A DNA stretch of 63,746 nucleotides, the filler included, from Lenisia limosa (lineage: Eukaryota; Protista; Breviatea), in assembly GCA_001655205.1 (NCBI GenBank). It is 16 parts of 16 records of this genome, joined end to end, with 100 filler letters (N's around TTAATTAATTAA, not from the genome) between each part and the next. Parts side by side here need not be neighbours in the genome. Positions count along the whole stretch, not along the records: positions 22,981 to 26,139 come from LPNZ01001772.1; positions 26,240 to 37,490 come from LPNZ01005379.1; positions 37,591 to 42,498 come from LPNZ01010501.1; 13 more parts are not named here. One strand, given 5' to 3'. The notes beneath the pieces were generated by a model, which saw only the letters and a list, made by a program, of their open reading frames with translations, was not told the DNA's origin and did not search any database. Positions 26,031 through 39,806 of the stretch are shown piece after piece. The position numbers were made by a program, and so were the translations under genes. Position 1 is the stretch's first letter, and each line of letters opens with the position of its first letter.

Positions 26031-26919
26031 TTATAATATTATTAACAAAGAGAAGGGGACCGAAAAAAACAAGAAACCGTAAAATGCACATTTTTAACAT
26101 CTGTTTTGAAATGTATAAACCCCACATAAAAACAATATCNNNNNNNNNNNNNNNNNNNNNNNNNNNNNNNNNNNNNNNNNNNNTTAATTAATTAANNNNN
26201 NNNNNNNNNNNNNNNNNNNNNNNNNNNNNNNNNNNNNNNTAACGGTTTTTGCTTGTTTTTGACCGTTTTTGGACCGTAAATAGAGAGCTTAGGGACTTAG
26301 CCCGATAATATGTTAAATTGGGGTTTCATTATTTTGATTAAGATTGAGATTACTTTCAACAACAGAAGGGAAATAGGGTTTCTGGGTGGTTTATGGTGAT
26401 ATTGTATGAAAAACTCAAGCTGTCCGGGAGTTTTGATGTGTCCGGGAATTTTGAATGATGTCCGGAGCTTTGACTATACATATAATATATATTTGCTCAA
26501 AATGATTTTTTTTTTTGGATCCAGAACCAATTCTTTTATAAAGTCTTTGTGCCCAGTGAAAAATCATGTTTTATGACTTCTTTTATTATTATTAAGATGA
26601 TTTAATTTTCCAATTAATTAGTCCTCAATGAAACTAATTAAAAAATTAACTTATAACCAATTAATTGGTCCAATAAATTAATTGGGAAAAAGCTCTCATT
26701 AATTTGTTTCATTTGTATTTTAATTGAAGAATCTACAATCCCAAGAAGTCACAAAGCTGAGAACTTTATTCGGGGAGTCCTTTTTTTTGTTTTGTTTTCA
26801 TTTCACGAAATGTCGAAATATAGACAAACGTATTATTTGCGTGCTTTGCTTATGAATAAATATGTTTGAGTGTGTGGTTTTTTTAAAAGAATAACAACGT
26901 GTTTCTTCTTTACCAATAG

Positions 26920-29900
26920 GACGCTCACTTTCGGGTCTTATCGGTGCCTGCACAATGACTGCTACCTGGGTCGGAGGTCTGGCGGGGCGTCTGGGGCAAA
27001 AGAGTGCTTCCTTTTTCTCATGTTAATTTGCAACAGGAGGATTCATCAACGGTGCGGCTGAGTATGTTGCCTCCGGATATGGAATTGTTTGGACACAGGC
27101 CCCAATCGGCTATGCGTTATCTCTGGTTTGTTGGCAAGTTTTGTCACTTCATTTTATTCTTGAGCGAAATTGTTTGGTTTCTGTGGAGAAAGGCAGGGTT
27201 CAGTTTTGTATCTTCATGTGTTACGTAAAAACCAATTCATTACAAGAACAGTAACATGTTGAATTTATTTGATTACCAAGGTTGCTGGTGGACTCTTCTT
27301 TGCTGCCCCCATGCGCTCTCGAGGATACAAAACTCTTCTCGATCCGTTCCAGGTTTGCTTGGTTGTGATGTCATAGCACTATACTCCACATATTGTTTTG
27401 TCTTATGAATTTTTTTTGTTTCAATTTCCTTTCTACAGTTTTCGACCAACCTGATACATTAACCACTGATATCATATTTCTGGGTTTGACGAATTCAGGA
27501 GAAGCTTGGAGATCGAATGGGTGGTTTGCTTTTCCTCCCTGCTCTCTTTGGTGAAGTTTGTTGGACGTGGGTGAGGAGAGTACAGCTTATAGAATCTACG
27601 AATCGATGCGTATCTCATTGTTTTTATATTTCAGTGGCGCCATTCTTGCTGCCCTTGGTTCAACCTTGACCGTCATCATTGGTCTGGAAAATGACACAGG
27701 TGAGTGGAGTGGTGATCCAAATGAGAATAACAAATAATAAGATATGAGTTTGTATAAATTTATTTACCTTTTATAAACATGCTACAAATGGCACATGTCA
27801 TATACTACGTACATATGATATACTGCTACTATATATCGATATACTATATCGATATAGCTATGATATATTCTAACAACCATTAATACCCTCAACTCGTGTA
27901 ATTATTTCCATGTATGCATCTCATATCGTAGCCATTGTGATTTCTGCCATTGTCGCCGTGTCCTACACCTTCATTGGTGGACTGTGGTCAGTGGCTTACA
28001 CCGACCTTGTTCAGCTCTTCTGGATCTTCAGTAAGCTATCTGTCGTAATTGTACGGAGTTGAAATCAGGGACATAACAAATGATAAATATATTGCTGTGC
28101 TGGACAATCATACTGAAACTCTGGCTTACGCAATAGTTGGTCTTTGGATCACGGTGCCATTTGCCTGGTCACACGAGGCCGTCATGGATGCTTCCGATTA
28201 CCAGGTGAGTCGAATACAACATGGGTCTGTCTGGACAATAACTGCAATTTCGTTTTGTTATTTTGTATATTTTTTATTTTCAATGTTGTTCAACTCTGCC
28301 ACATTGCGAACACTGCCATCGCTCAGCTTCCCCCTGTCTTTGTTTTTGTTCTGTAACCACCAATAGGACACGTGGCTCGGTAAAGTTGAAGACAACCAAT
28401 GGGGACTGTGGTGGGATTCCATGCTTCTCCTCATTTTCGGTATGTACTAGGGATTGTTGTTATTTATGATTTCCCTACTCCCATCTAACCCCCAGGTGGC
28501 CTCCCATGGCAAGTGTACTTCCAGCGCGTTTTGGCTTCTAACACCACGCGCAACGCAAGGTTCCTCTCTTTCGCTGCCGCAATTGGCACGTGCTTCATGG
28601 CTATCCCCGCCATTTTGATTGGTATCATTGGTGAGTGGTGTTATGTGCATTTCTTTAACCGCTTCCCGTTCTTAGCTTGATAGCATGGTAGCTAACCAAT
28701 TAACTTTTCGCCACAAATGCTTGACTCTATTTACAGGTGCATCAACTGCGTGGAACAGAACCCCCGTCGGCGAAGTTGAGAACTACTCCCTCATTCTCCC
28801 TCTGGTTATGCATTACCTCACCCCCTCTGCCGTAAGCGCGGATTAGCTCTCCAAACAATATCAATGATCGTGACCCTTTGTCAAAATATGTTACCATATT
28901 GGCAAAATGAGTGTATACATTTACGTTTCCAGATTTCGTTTGTCGGTCTTGGTGCGGTTGCTGCTGCTGTAATGTCCTCTGCTGACTCATCTGTGCTCTC
29001 GTCAGCGTCGATGTTTGCCATTAACGTTCNNNNNNNNNNNNNNNNNNNNNNNNNNNNNNNNNNNNNNNNNNNNNNNNNNNNNNNNNNNNNNNNNNNNNNN
29101 NNNNNNNNNNNNNNNNNNNNNNNNNNNNNNNNNNNNNNNNNNNNNNNNNNNNNNNNNNNNNNNNNNNNNNNCGTCTGACCTCCTATAGATTTACAAGCCC
29201 CTCGTACGACCGAACGCATCCGAAAAAGAAATTGTTGTGGTCACTAAGATTGCAGTCATTTTTGTTGGCGGCCTCGCACTCTGGATGGCACTGACTTCCG
29301 ATTCCATTTATGCCCTTTGGTATGTTATTTTTGTGTCATCTGTTGACCAATTATTGATTTGCTTGTTTCAATTTTGAAAGACTTTCTCAATCTCAATCAG
29401 ACCCCTGCAACCACCAATGTTTGTTTACACTCCAGGTACCTCTGTAGTGACTTTGTTTATGTGATTGTGTTCCCTCAACTCGTCCTTACCCTCTTCTGGC
29501 CGTAAGCTCGGACTTGTACTGCAATTTTCAAACAAATCTTCCAAGAACCTCACCTTTTTGCTACTCTTTTTTTCACCAATATTCTCATCACAATTTCCTT
29601 CGCTTATCCCCTCCCCCAGTCTTGTCAATACCTACGGCTCATTCACCGGCTTCATTGTTGGTCTGACTCTTCGCCTCGGTGGAGGCGAGCCAACCTTCGA
29701 CCTTGAGCCCTTCATCCACTACAAGCCTGTTGATGATGACGGTGGTCGGGGGTACCATAAACCGGCATGCCATCTCTAGTTCTAGTCACTCTTTCCACAC
29801 TTCTGAACCAAATATTTCATCCCACTCCCTTTAACGCATCTTTGCAGGTACTGTTCTGTTCCCGTTCAAGTCCTTTGCCATGGTTTGCTCGTTCATCACC

Positions 29901-30709
29901 ATCGTTGTTGTGTCCTTCATCTTTGACGCTCTCAACAAGAAGGTGGGTCGAAGTATATTTGGTAGTACATAATGTGATATAATAATTCCTTTTCACAATG
30001 GTATGACCCTATGACCATTCCAGCAAGTTATTGTTGGAAAGGCCGATTTCTTCAAGTGCTTCACTGGTCATCGCCGCCTTCGTGACACCCTTATTGAGGA
30101 GCCAAAAGTAGGAGGAGGGGGCAATGGTATCGTTGGATCTCAGGATCACCACGGTCGGAAGATAGGAATTGACAATGGACAAGCTCTGATGGCTTCCTTT
30201 AATTTGGTTTTGTCTTATCCCGTTTAGGAAACCACTTTGATGCCGGTGAAGGAATCAGCCCCAGTCCCAGACGCTGCCCCCACTGACGTTGTCCCCGAGG
30301 TTGAGGTTGCTGAGAAGGTTTGGAGAGTTGAACTTCTTCTCATTATATTAGCTACCACAAGACATAGTCCTCTCTTATAAGCGTGATGGTCTGGACGGCT
30401 TCAGCCAGATACAACCTTATTTTTTATTTCTCATTGCCACAGGACATTTTTGATAATATCATAGAGAGTATGAACATCCTAACTGATGTAGACCGAGAAC
30501 TCCGAGGCTGAGGTGGTTGCTGAAGGAAGCACAGAAACAGTAGAGAAGGTTGAGACTGAAAAGAAGGTATGATGAGCCTGTTGGAATTACGGCTCTCATT
30601 CATAATAGTTATCACTCATTTTGTTCTTATTTTGTGAATAGTTAGTTAGCGTTTGACCCATTAGGTTGATGAGAAGGCTTTAGTTGAAGCCCCTACGGCA
30701 CAGGTCTAG
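26920..30709 (+). CDS. Sodium:solute symporter, high-affinity choline transporter (SLC5A7/CHT1)-like; 5' exon(s) not found
   Basis: About 17 GT-AG exons give [16 protein letters not shown]...[95 protein letters not shown] and FPFKSFAM, colinear with SLC5A7. Stop TAG at 30707-30709. Confidence 0.93.
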
Positions 30710-30971
30710 ATCGTGCTGTAGCCATATTCCATGTTATGGTATTGTTAGAGTTCATGTTTATAGGATTGTATTAGTACAGGTAAGATAGATGAGGTTGATC
30801 TGGCTCAAAGGGTTGCATGTGTTTCGACATTATCCCTCCATCCCTTCCCTCCATTCTAGAAAAAAACACTTTATTAGAATACAAGAATGCACGAGAAAAC
30901 AGGAGAACTAGTCTTTCTTGGCCTTGGGGAGCTTGTCTGGATCAATAAGAAGAGAGGACAAAGAACTCCAA

Positions 30972-32498
30972 TCATACCCAACTTGTATAAAACAACAAAG
31001 CACCGCGCCCACCGAGGGCCATTTTGAAGTACTCCTCAGCCATGTCGTAGGCCTTGGCCATTTGCTCGTCAACTTGGTCCTGAAGACTGAGAGGGGGGGG
31101 GGCAGTCCTTAGTAAATTGACTTTGTGAAATTTACTACCAAATGAGATCGCTCCCACACAAACCTGGTTCTTCTTGTAGGCAATGGGGATAGAGAAGAAC
31201 GAGAGCATCACTAATACGGTAAGAACACCAACAAAAGACTCTATTCGATAAAAAGAACACAATAAGATAAATCAAAAATAGCATCTCGTTAGTTTATATG
31301 TAGCCCTAACATTGTCACCCAGCCCAAACATAATAACCTCCTTTCCTCGCATACTCATGAACATGATGGTGAGGGCCGACATGTTGGCGGTGATGTAAGT
31401 GGAGAAGTAGGCAGCAACGAGAGCCTGGGAAGTGAGATGACCAAGGTGCCAAGGTACAGATAGTGCTGTGTGACTAAAAACTGATAATCTCATCAAATCA
31501 ACAAAAGAGTAGACAAATATCTGCGTTTCAGACAAGCCACCTACGGAAATGGAGGTTGGGATGTGCTCCAGGGAAAGGATGGAGTTCCAGACCTTAGCCT
31601 CTTGGTTGGTCAAGGAGACAACAAAGTTGATGATGCTCTCAACCTAAAGTATGAATGGTGACGAGTGGGGCTCTTATTGAATAAGAAAGGAGTCTAAACG
31701 ACCTAGCACAATCACATGAAAAGCCTACCGTTTTGGGAGCAATGGCGTTGGTCTCGGACACGAAGGTGATGTGACCGTTGAGGCCGCGGGCCTTCTGCAG
31801 GCCAGTGTAGAGCTGTAAGCGGTCAGAGGTCAACTTCGATGAAACAAATGCAAGTACTTAAAGCGGACCCCCCAAACCATGCCAGCAGCAAGGGCAGTGG
31901 TGACCATGTACATGGCAACAGTTAACATGTTGGCGTCAAAGTAGGTGATGGTGGAGAACATGGTAGTACCTAGGGAACAAACGTGAGAAAACGCCAGCAC
32001 AAATTGACAGAAATACCCATGGACCCACCAGCAGCAAGGATGCCTCCGGACATAACAGGCTTCTCCCAAAGGGCGAGGTCAACCACTGCCAAGTTAAATG
32101 CGTGAGAATACAATGGCCCTGAACAAATGCGACTATTGGAACAAGGCTCACTTTTCTGGCTCATCTTTGTAATAATATCATCCTCTTCATCGGTAGTGGT
32201 GGCCATTTGCTCTTCTTCGTGCTCCATAGTGGGCTCTTCAACAGTTTCGGTTGCTTCCTCAACATCAGAAACTTCAGTGGGTTCGTTCACTGGAAAGTTG
32301 GCAAAATGGAAACAAGAGGGATGGCTTACAGTCCTCAGCGACAGAGGTAGCAATCTTTTCAGCAACTTGGGCCTCCTAAAAATGGGTAAAAACAGTGAAA
32401 CAAGGCACCAGGTATAAGATGGCAGACCTGGGAGTTAATATCAGCTTCAGCCATCTAATGTAATAAGGGCAAAACCATTCCAAAGCGGGCCTTACCAT
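30972..32498 (-). CDS. Reticulon-domain protein
   Basis: ATG at 32498 followed directly by a GTAAGG intron; acidic N-terminus; VVDLALWEKPVMSGGILAAG; hydrophobic segments; FFSIPIAYKKNQ/DQVDEQMAKAYDMAEEY matches the reticulon C-terminal pattern. Confidence 0.75.
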
Positions 32499-32859
32499 GT
32501 TGTTAGCTGCTTAAACGCTTAAAAGTTGGGCGTAACTCAAACCTCAGAGAAGAAAATAAAGAATGCTCCGTACAATTACACTTAGATGGTATAGTTTTGT
32601 GGTTATTTACAGAAAACAGGCAAAAAAAAATTGGAAAATTAGCCAAAAGCAGGAAGTTGAGCCGGGTAGAGCCATCATCGGCTCCACTCTTCCTTTCGTG
32701 AGGATTCACGAAGAACCCATGCCCGTTTCTCCACTCAAAAATATCTCTGGGTTGCTAATATCTACTTTTAGCCTCAAACTAAAATTGTCACAAAACCTGC
32801 CCCCCCCCCCGTCNNNNNNNNNNNNNNNNNNNNNNNNNNNNNNNNNNNNNNAATCTGAA

Positions 32860-35526
32860 ATGATCTACGCCGACTTCGCCGCAACTACCCCCACCTCGGC
32901 TTCAGTCAAGACCAAAATCAAGGAGTTGCTGGACCACGATATCTTTGGCAACCCAAGCTCAAGTCACGAGTGTATGTTTGCTGTTGCGCTCCCATTTGAC
33001 TCACAGCTAATTTCTTGTAGTTGGCGAGTCGGCATGCAAAGTCATGGTTGAGGCACGAGAGAGAGTGGCTGCCCTCATCAACTGCCAGGCGTCAGAGGTG
33101 GTGTTCACGAGCTGTGCTTCAGGTACGTGAAACAATATATATCCTGGCAACCATGTGCTTGCTGTGATAATAATTGGAGGAGTTCACTGTTTTGCATTTA
33201 ATAGCGATTAACTTGATCAGAATCAAACAATTGGGTCATTAAGGCAATCTCAGAAGGCTGCAATTACAGTAAGCTTGAAAAGTTTTATGAAATTAGGAAT
33301 CAAGAAAATATCTTGAGTTTTGTTCTTTTTGTTGATGACTTACCTAATAGCTGGACACATCATCTCTAGTGCCATTGAGCATCCTTCAATTGAAGAGTCT
33401 CTCAAAGCAGTTGAAAAGAAGGGTTGGCAGAATTTGGCAAGGGAGACAAGAAATTAATAAAATGACATATAATTCAATTCTCAGGTATGGAGGTCACCCG
33501 TATCTCTCCTTGTAAATTGACTGGAGTTATCAATCCGAGTGATGTGGCTCTCAATATTCGAGATAACACAGTCTTAGTCTCAATAATTCACACCAACAAT
33601 GAAACTGTAAGGGGGAAGAAAAGCGAGAAACATATAGAAATTAATTCTGTCAAAGAGTTTACTCATATCCGTAGTTTGCAGTGTCGCGTCTGGACCAAAT
33701 TGTGGAAGCAGTCAAGAGCATCAACCCTCAGATTCTTATTCACACCGATGCGTCTCAAAGTGCAACTAAAGTTTGGGGATAGTCTTGTTTCCATAAATGT
33801 TTAACAAGGGGTGTAATAAAAACACGCTTTTACACATTTTATTTGTATTATAGTATATCATATATGTATTATTATTTACATGAAATCTGAGAATAATCTC
33901 TTTATAGCATTGGTGCCATTAAAATAGTTTTGAAGGTATCCCTCACTGTAATCCAGGTAGATATTTCTGTGAACTCAAGAGCAGTAGTCCCGGGCTCTAC
34001 TCCCCAAGTAAGTTGGCAGATGACAAAAGAAAACTGTGTTCTAATATACAATTAATTAGGATACATTTGATTGAAGCCTCCCATCACGCAAGAAGCGAAC
34101 TGAGGAACAATGATTATGTTACGCTTACTCCTTAGCCATTGAATGTGGACCTCATGACTCTGGCTGGGCATAAGGTACGGGGAATTACTGCGTGGCTGAA
34201 TCCCTCAAATCAACAATACTTTGGTTCTTCCTACATAAATATATAGATTGTAGGACAGTGTGTTGTATCTATGCAGAGAGTTTTAAGGTTAATGGTTGGG
34301 TGAATTTCTAATAAGCGTGGTTTGGACGGCTTTGGCCAGATACAACCTTGTTTTATTTCTCACCTCTATTAGATATTCGCCCCCAAAGGTGTTGGAGCAT
34401 TGTTTATTAGGACGGGTGTCGCTTTTGATAATCTGCTGCATGGAGGTGGACAAGAATGTGGAAGGAGGTAAGAAAACACCTGCACAATATTTGCTAATGG
34501 GATCGTTTCCAGATATGATTACATCATCATGTCATACGTATTTTCAGTGTGTTCTCATCTTCTTTTCCTCGTCATTATGCCCTCAGAGCCGGTACCGAAA
34601 ACCTCCTGTTAGCCGCAGCCTTGGGCCAGGCTTGCCATGATGGGCTACTTCAGCTCCGAACAAAGCCGGAAACACTGGTAAGGAGGGACTATTGCATGAA
34701 CCTCATCTGTTTTGAATTGGTTGGGTCTGAAGTGGTTTCAACAATCAGTTGTCACTTTCTGTAGAAGAAGATTAATGACGTGTTTTTCAACGAGCTGACG
34801 CTTTCATTGGGAAAAGGTGCCACGGTTGAGACTTCTGTCAGTCTTCGAGATCCTACGGTCGGCACCCTATTGTACTTATCACTACGATATGATCATAGAT
34901 TAAGAGTGTTGCCTTTCTATTAATTGGTTTCCGATCCATTATCTTTCTGATTCATTGCAGACAACCAACTACTTTGGCCTATCGATTTGCTTCCCTGGTT
35001 GCAAGGCCTCAGGGCAGGAGATTGTCGCCGCCCTCAAGGAAAAAGTCGCTATTTCCGCATCTGCTGCATGTCATTCGGGGAGTTGGAGGGGCTGGAGTAT
35101 CATCTTGTCGCGCTAATAGGTTCTCGGTCTTTTTCTTTTCTGCTTTTTTCATTCTTTGTTATTCCTGTAGACAATGGACTGTCCCGGGTGCTGAGTCTTT
35201 TGGAGAACAGCAATGGACGACTACGGTCAACAATTCGCGTGTCATTTGGGTGGGTGTAACATATATCATTTGCATATATATAGTAATGAGAAGTAAAAAA
35301 AAATACGGTTGTATCTGTTGGATTATAGTAGAAAATGAACCAAAGCATTTGCCTTACAACTCTGTGCACAGCTTTCTGCGTGCCTCAACATACGCTTCAC
35401 AGCAAAAAGGCTGATGGCCTTTAATGACATGGACAACGTTGTTCTCACGTTAACAGGTTCACTGACGAGGAAGAAATCAGAGCGATGGCCAAAATGATTG
35501 CTGCCGCTGTCAATGAACTTTACTAA
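32860..35526 (+). CDS. Class V PLP enzyme, cysteine desulfurase / selenocysteine lyase-like
   Basis: MIYADFAATTP...FGNPSSSH, EVVFTSCASESNN, IEHPSI, HTNNET, HTDASQ, LAGHK (PLP Lys), GGGQECGRRAGTEN, ISASAACHSG (catalytic Cys), TIRVSFG. Stop TAA at 35524-35526. Confidence 0.93.
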
Positions 35527-35689
35527 GATGCGGAGATATTTAATTGAATCATGATGGTTCACCAGACTGGTGATAAAGAGTGTTGAATTAAACACAACAA
35601 CCTAAGTCGAAATTGGGGGGTGGGGGTGGGGGGCGTTAAAGTCCTTTTTTAATGTACACAGAGAAACATTCATTCTACAAAGAAATACA

Positions 35690-36890
35690 CAACTACCTCG
35701 GAGCGGTACCCGGCCGCCTGACCACTTTCTTCTTGTCCTTACCGCCTTTCTTCTTTCGCCGGGCCTTCGGATTGGTGTCGGCTATGAGGCCAGAAGAGGG
35801 GTGCGGCAACGACGACATACAGTCTTCGAAGTCCATGTCAAGGGGGGCTGTCAGGGCTCTGTGGAGTCAGGGGTGTTAACAACTATCACTGATAAAGGCT
35901 GATTAGAAGTAAGGCTTCACTTCGTCTCGAAAAAAGACTGAATATATCGATAAATTCGAAAACTCTTTCTTTTGCCAGGTCATTTTGGATTCGAAGTGAA
36001 GCCCTAAATTGAAGAATCCCTGACAAACCTGAGCAGAGACTCGTCACTGACGCGAATATCATGTCGCGAAAGTGCTGTCTGCACGCGATCAACTTCCACT
36101 GACTCCCTGTTGCCTTGTTCCGAGGTCCAGAGGCGAGAGAGAAGGGGCTGTGTTGTCAAAGAGGGATTAAGTCTATTGAAAAAAAACAAAAAACAACAAC
36201 CCAAATCTGTCAAAAGTTTAACTATTGCCGTTTTTTTGTTGTACCAATAATTGTTACCTCTCCATGGTAAAGAAAGCTGAGAGAAAAGAGCACAGAAAGG
36301 AAGAAACGAAAAAAGAAGAAAGAACCCCAACCTGATTGACAGCGGTGGCAGGCCTTCTGAGTCGAGCTGTTGAGGGTCTTCCAGTGGCTGGTCGACCTGT
36401 GTGGTTAAAGGCCAAATGAACCGATTTCAATCTTGTGCAATTCTGTTTTGTGTCAAAATTAAAATCACTGTTGAAGGGAATAAAAGCAAAAGATGGGGTC
36501 TTCTCTTCCAAGAATGATTATAAAATAAGCCTTGCTGCTGTGCCCACTAGTTGAGGGTCGCGGGGCGGTAGCAGCACGGGATGTGGATTTGGATGTGCTT
36601 GGACGGAGTGATGATGATGACGCTTGGCGGCGGGTCTGTTCGGATAAGAATACGTTTTAAAGCTGGTATCTTCCACACAGTTATGGTACTCCAGCAATGG
36701 CCTTACATCCCTCAGACAACTTATTACAGAAGATGATATAGGGCCCTTAACTAAGCCTACAGAAGATGATGATAATCCCCAGTTATAAGGCTTAACTAAG
36801 CCTACAGAAGTGGACGTTGGCCTTGTGGAGCGTGTGCTTGGACGGTCTGTTTTTGCCCCTGAGGTGTGGCCTGCAGTATGAGACAATCCA
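35690..36890 (-). CDS. Exons of an unidentified low-complexity (R/S/T/P/K-rich) protein
   Basis: Open segments such as DMDFEDCMSSLPHPSSGLIADTNPKARRKKKGGKDKKKVVRRPGTAPR and TGRPATGRPSTARLRRPATA, separated by MITE-containing intervals. Confidence 0.4.
35912..36005. mobile_element. MITE family A copy
   Basis: TAA|GGCTTCACTTCG ... CGAAGTGAAGCCC|TAA. Confidence 0.8.
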
Positions 36891-36895
36891 AAATT

Positions 36896-36993
36896 AGAGC
36901 TTCACTTCTGTTCGAAAAAGACCGGGAAAATATCGATAGTTTTCGAGGATTTATCGAGAGATTCAGTTTTTTTTCGAACCGAAGTGAAGCCCT
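36896..36993. mobile_element. MITE family A copy
   Basis: AGAGCTTCACTTCTGTTCGAAAAAGAC ... TTTTTCGAACCGAAGTGAAGCCCT. Confidence 0.85.
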
Positions 36994-39806
36994 ATCCATA
37001 ATCCATGAAGGCCTTGTTTTGTCCAGTCAAGTATCATTTCGAAAAGAGGTGCCACTTGCGCTTGGTCAGCATCCCCCTACAATCAAGTACTGAGTTGGGT
37101 GGTCTGCCAGCTGTGGGGTGTATGTTCGTGTAGGGCGACAGCACATAGCCTAAGAGCCAGTAAGTTAATACCGTTACTCCAAATACTGCATCAAAACACC
37201 CCCTCCCCCCAACCAGCCACACGACAGGAGTCAACAAGACGAGGAGGTAGATTCCCTGCATATTAGAAGATACAATAGAAACTGGCGAGAAAAAGAAATG
37301 TAACAATCATGATGAATGAAGAAGAAAACAAATGCTCACGAGTGCCGGCTAATGGGTCTTCGCCGTCATCTTCGATGTCGTCATCAGTGTTACTGTCACT
37401 GGAAGTCTCGGGGTCCGGCTGCATTGTAGCACGCCTGAGTGTCACATATATAGATATAGAGGGGGATTGGAATACAGCTACAAACCCGAANNNNNNNNNN
37501 NNNNNNNNNNNNNNNNNNNNNNNNNNNNNNNNNNTTAATTAATTAANNNNNNNNNNNNNNNNNNNNNNNNNNNNNNNNNNNNNNNNNNNNAATACGATTC
37601 TATACACTGCATATAGTTGGATGTATCTGGTGATACCTACCTTCTCGTGGTATCTTGGGGGCTTGAAGTCTATCGCCTGGAAATGTCAGTTGCTATAAAT
37701 TGCAAAAGAAATACGTTGCTAAACCCACAGCAACAGCACCAAAGGAACCCAAGAGCAAAGTTATTTGATTAACAGCAGTAAATGTGGTATGCTCTTTTTT
37801 GTTATAGTCGCAAAATAGCCAGCACAAGACCCACCTTAGCGGCTGATGGGAGAATGTAGTGCGCTCCTCTCAGGACAAATATGGGCGACATCGGGGGCAG
37901 ATGGTGGGGCACCTGGGAGAATGTTAATTGTTATACTGGGGATATTACACAAAGAATAACAAGGGGGGTTGCTGTGTGGTTTTATTGAATAACTGTTGAC
38001 CACAAGACCAACGCACCTCAATGCCGATACAGACCAGAGACGACAAACTGATCGCCCATGACGCCGCCAAAATAAACGCTTGCTCTCGCTGGAGGGTGAA
38101 GGGATAGAATGCGGGATGGTTATTGAAAGTTGTCCATTAATGAAACGTCACAAATGATGTCATGTTTTATCGCTCACGGTTTCTGAGAGGTCTTGCTCAG
38201 CTGGAGTAGAGAGGGCATCTTCGAAAAATGGACGGTTCTGGTATTTGAGTGAAAAGAGTAAAACATGCCCCAATTAAGTTGTCTGAATGTGGTGGAACAT
38301 TTGGACTAACGCGACCGAATCCTCAATAGAGAGATATTGGTCGTTTCTGATTGAAGCTGATCCCTTGAATCCACCAACATACATGGAAAGTTGGAGTTCT
38401 TGGGGTGGAAGGTCGGTCTGATATTGGGGTCCCAGGTATTTTCAACTGAAAAGTTATCCAAGTGTTATGGTGACTGGATAAAGGCCTAGAACTATGCAAT
38501 GTACCAAATAAAAACACGGTTGAATTTCAATATCTTGACCAGCAGCCCCTCCCACGGGGTTGAAACCCTCAATAATTTCAGGCCTCTTCTTTTTCTCGTC
38601 TGAGACTTCCAGCTTTGACAGGGCAGATATCAGGTCCGGGTTACTGACAGCATTGATCGGATGATCGTTGACGGGCGACTACAAAAATGATGTCGGGACG
38701 GATCAGAGGAGGGGTACATAGAGGGTACATATATGTACGTTCTCTAGAACAGTCTCTTTGAAGTAGGTTTTAAAATATTTAAAACAGGGTGACAAACACA
38801 ACAAATATGTGTACCGGGATAGAGCACCGCCACATCAAAGAATACCATAATATCACACGAAGATTACCTTTGGTTGCAGGTTCGGCCTGGGGACGGAGGG
38901 GGTTTGAGGTCTTGACGTTTGGTCGGTTATCGCCACACGTTCGCGCACCCATAGCCGCAGGCCAAGTCCTGGATCAATCACTCGAGGCAATCGTGGAATA
39001 TACCATCTTCTCCTTTTTATGCCACCCATGAAACACTGTATCCCCTACCCACGAGCACAGGACTTGAGAGCGGTGCTTGCACCAGCAAAGTGACTCCATG
39101 TCGGGTTCTAAAACGTCAGTCCAGTTTGCACGTGAAATAAATGCAAAAAGGTCAGAGAAGATCACATAAAAGCCCACCAAAGCATTCTGCGACACTTCGG
39201 ATGTGAAGACTGCGGGGCTGAAAATAACCTTCCCCTCTTTTCGGCGCACTACAGTAATAAAGGCTATGAAGGGCATTTTGAACGAAGAGGCTATCATATG
39301 TTCTCTGATAAGATACAAACCCAGCAGGAAAGCACACCTTTGTGGAGGGTGAAGCAAAAGTCAAGAAGTTGCGAGGGAAGAAAGGATTGGAAGACTGAAA
39401 TATCAGAATCAATCGCTAATGGTCTTCGCAGTGCAATAGACGAGATGAGGACCGAAGAGAGGCATTCCACCTTCCTTTGATCTGGAGGAATTGTTTGGTT
39501 TCTCATTGTTTCCTCCCCATTATTTCACCATTACAACTACAATGGGGTGTTCTTTCATTCATATGTCGTATTGTCTTTTCGTTTTCAAAGTTTTTCAAAA
39601 TAACTTAAATATTGTAAGAACCCAGGGATACGATGGGTCAACAAATAAGCGGGGGGGGGGGCACCACCAAACCGCATCGAAAAACGCAAAATAAATAGAG
39701 GAAGAGTAGTAAGAGAGTAAGAGCAGAAATTTTAAGAAGAAAAGAAACCTTAAAAAGTCAATACCCTTTCGGACTTCGGAGGAATCGCCCGTCAGCAACG
39801 CCCAAC

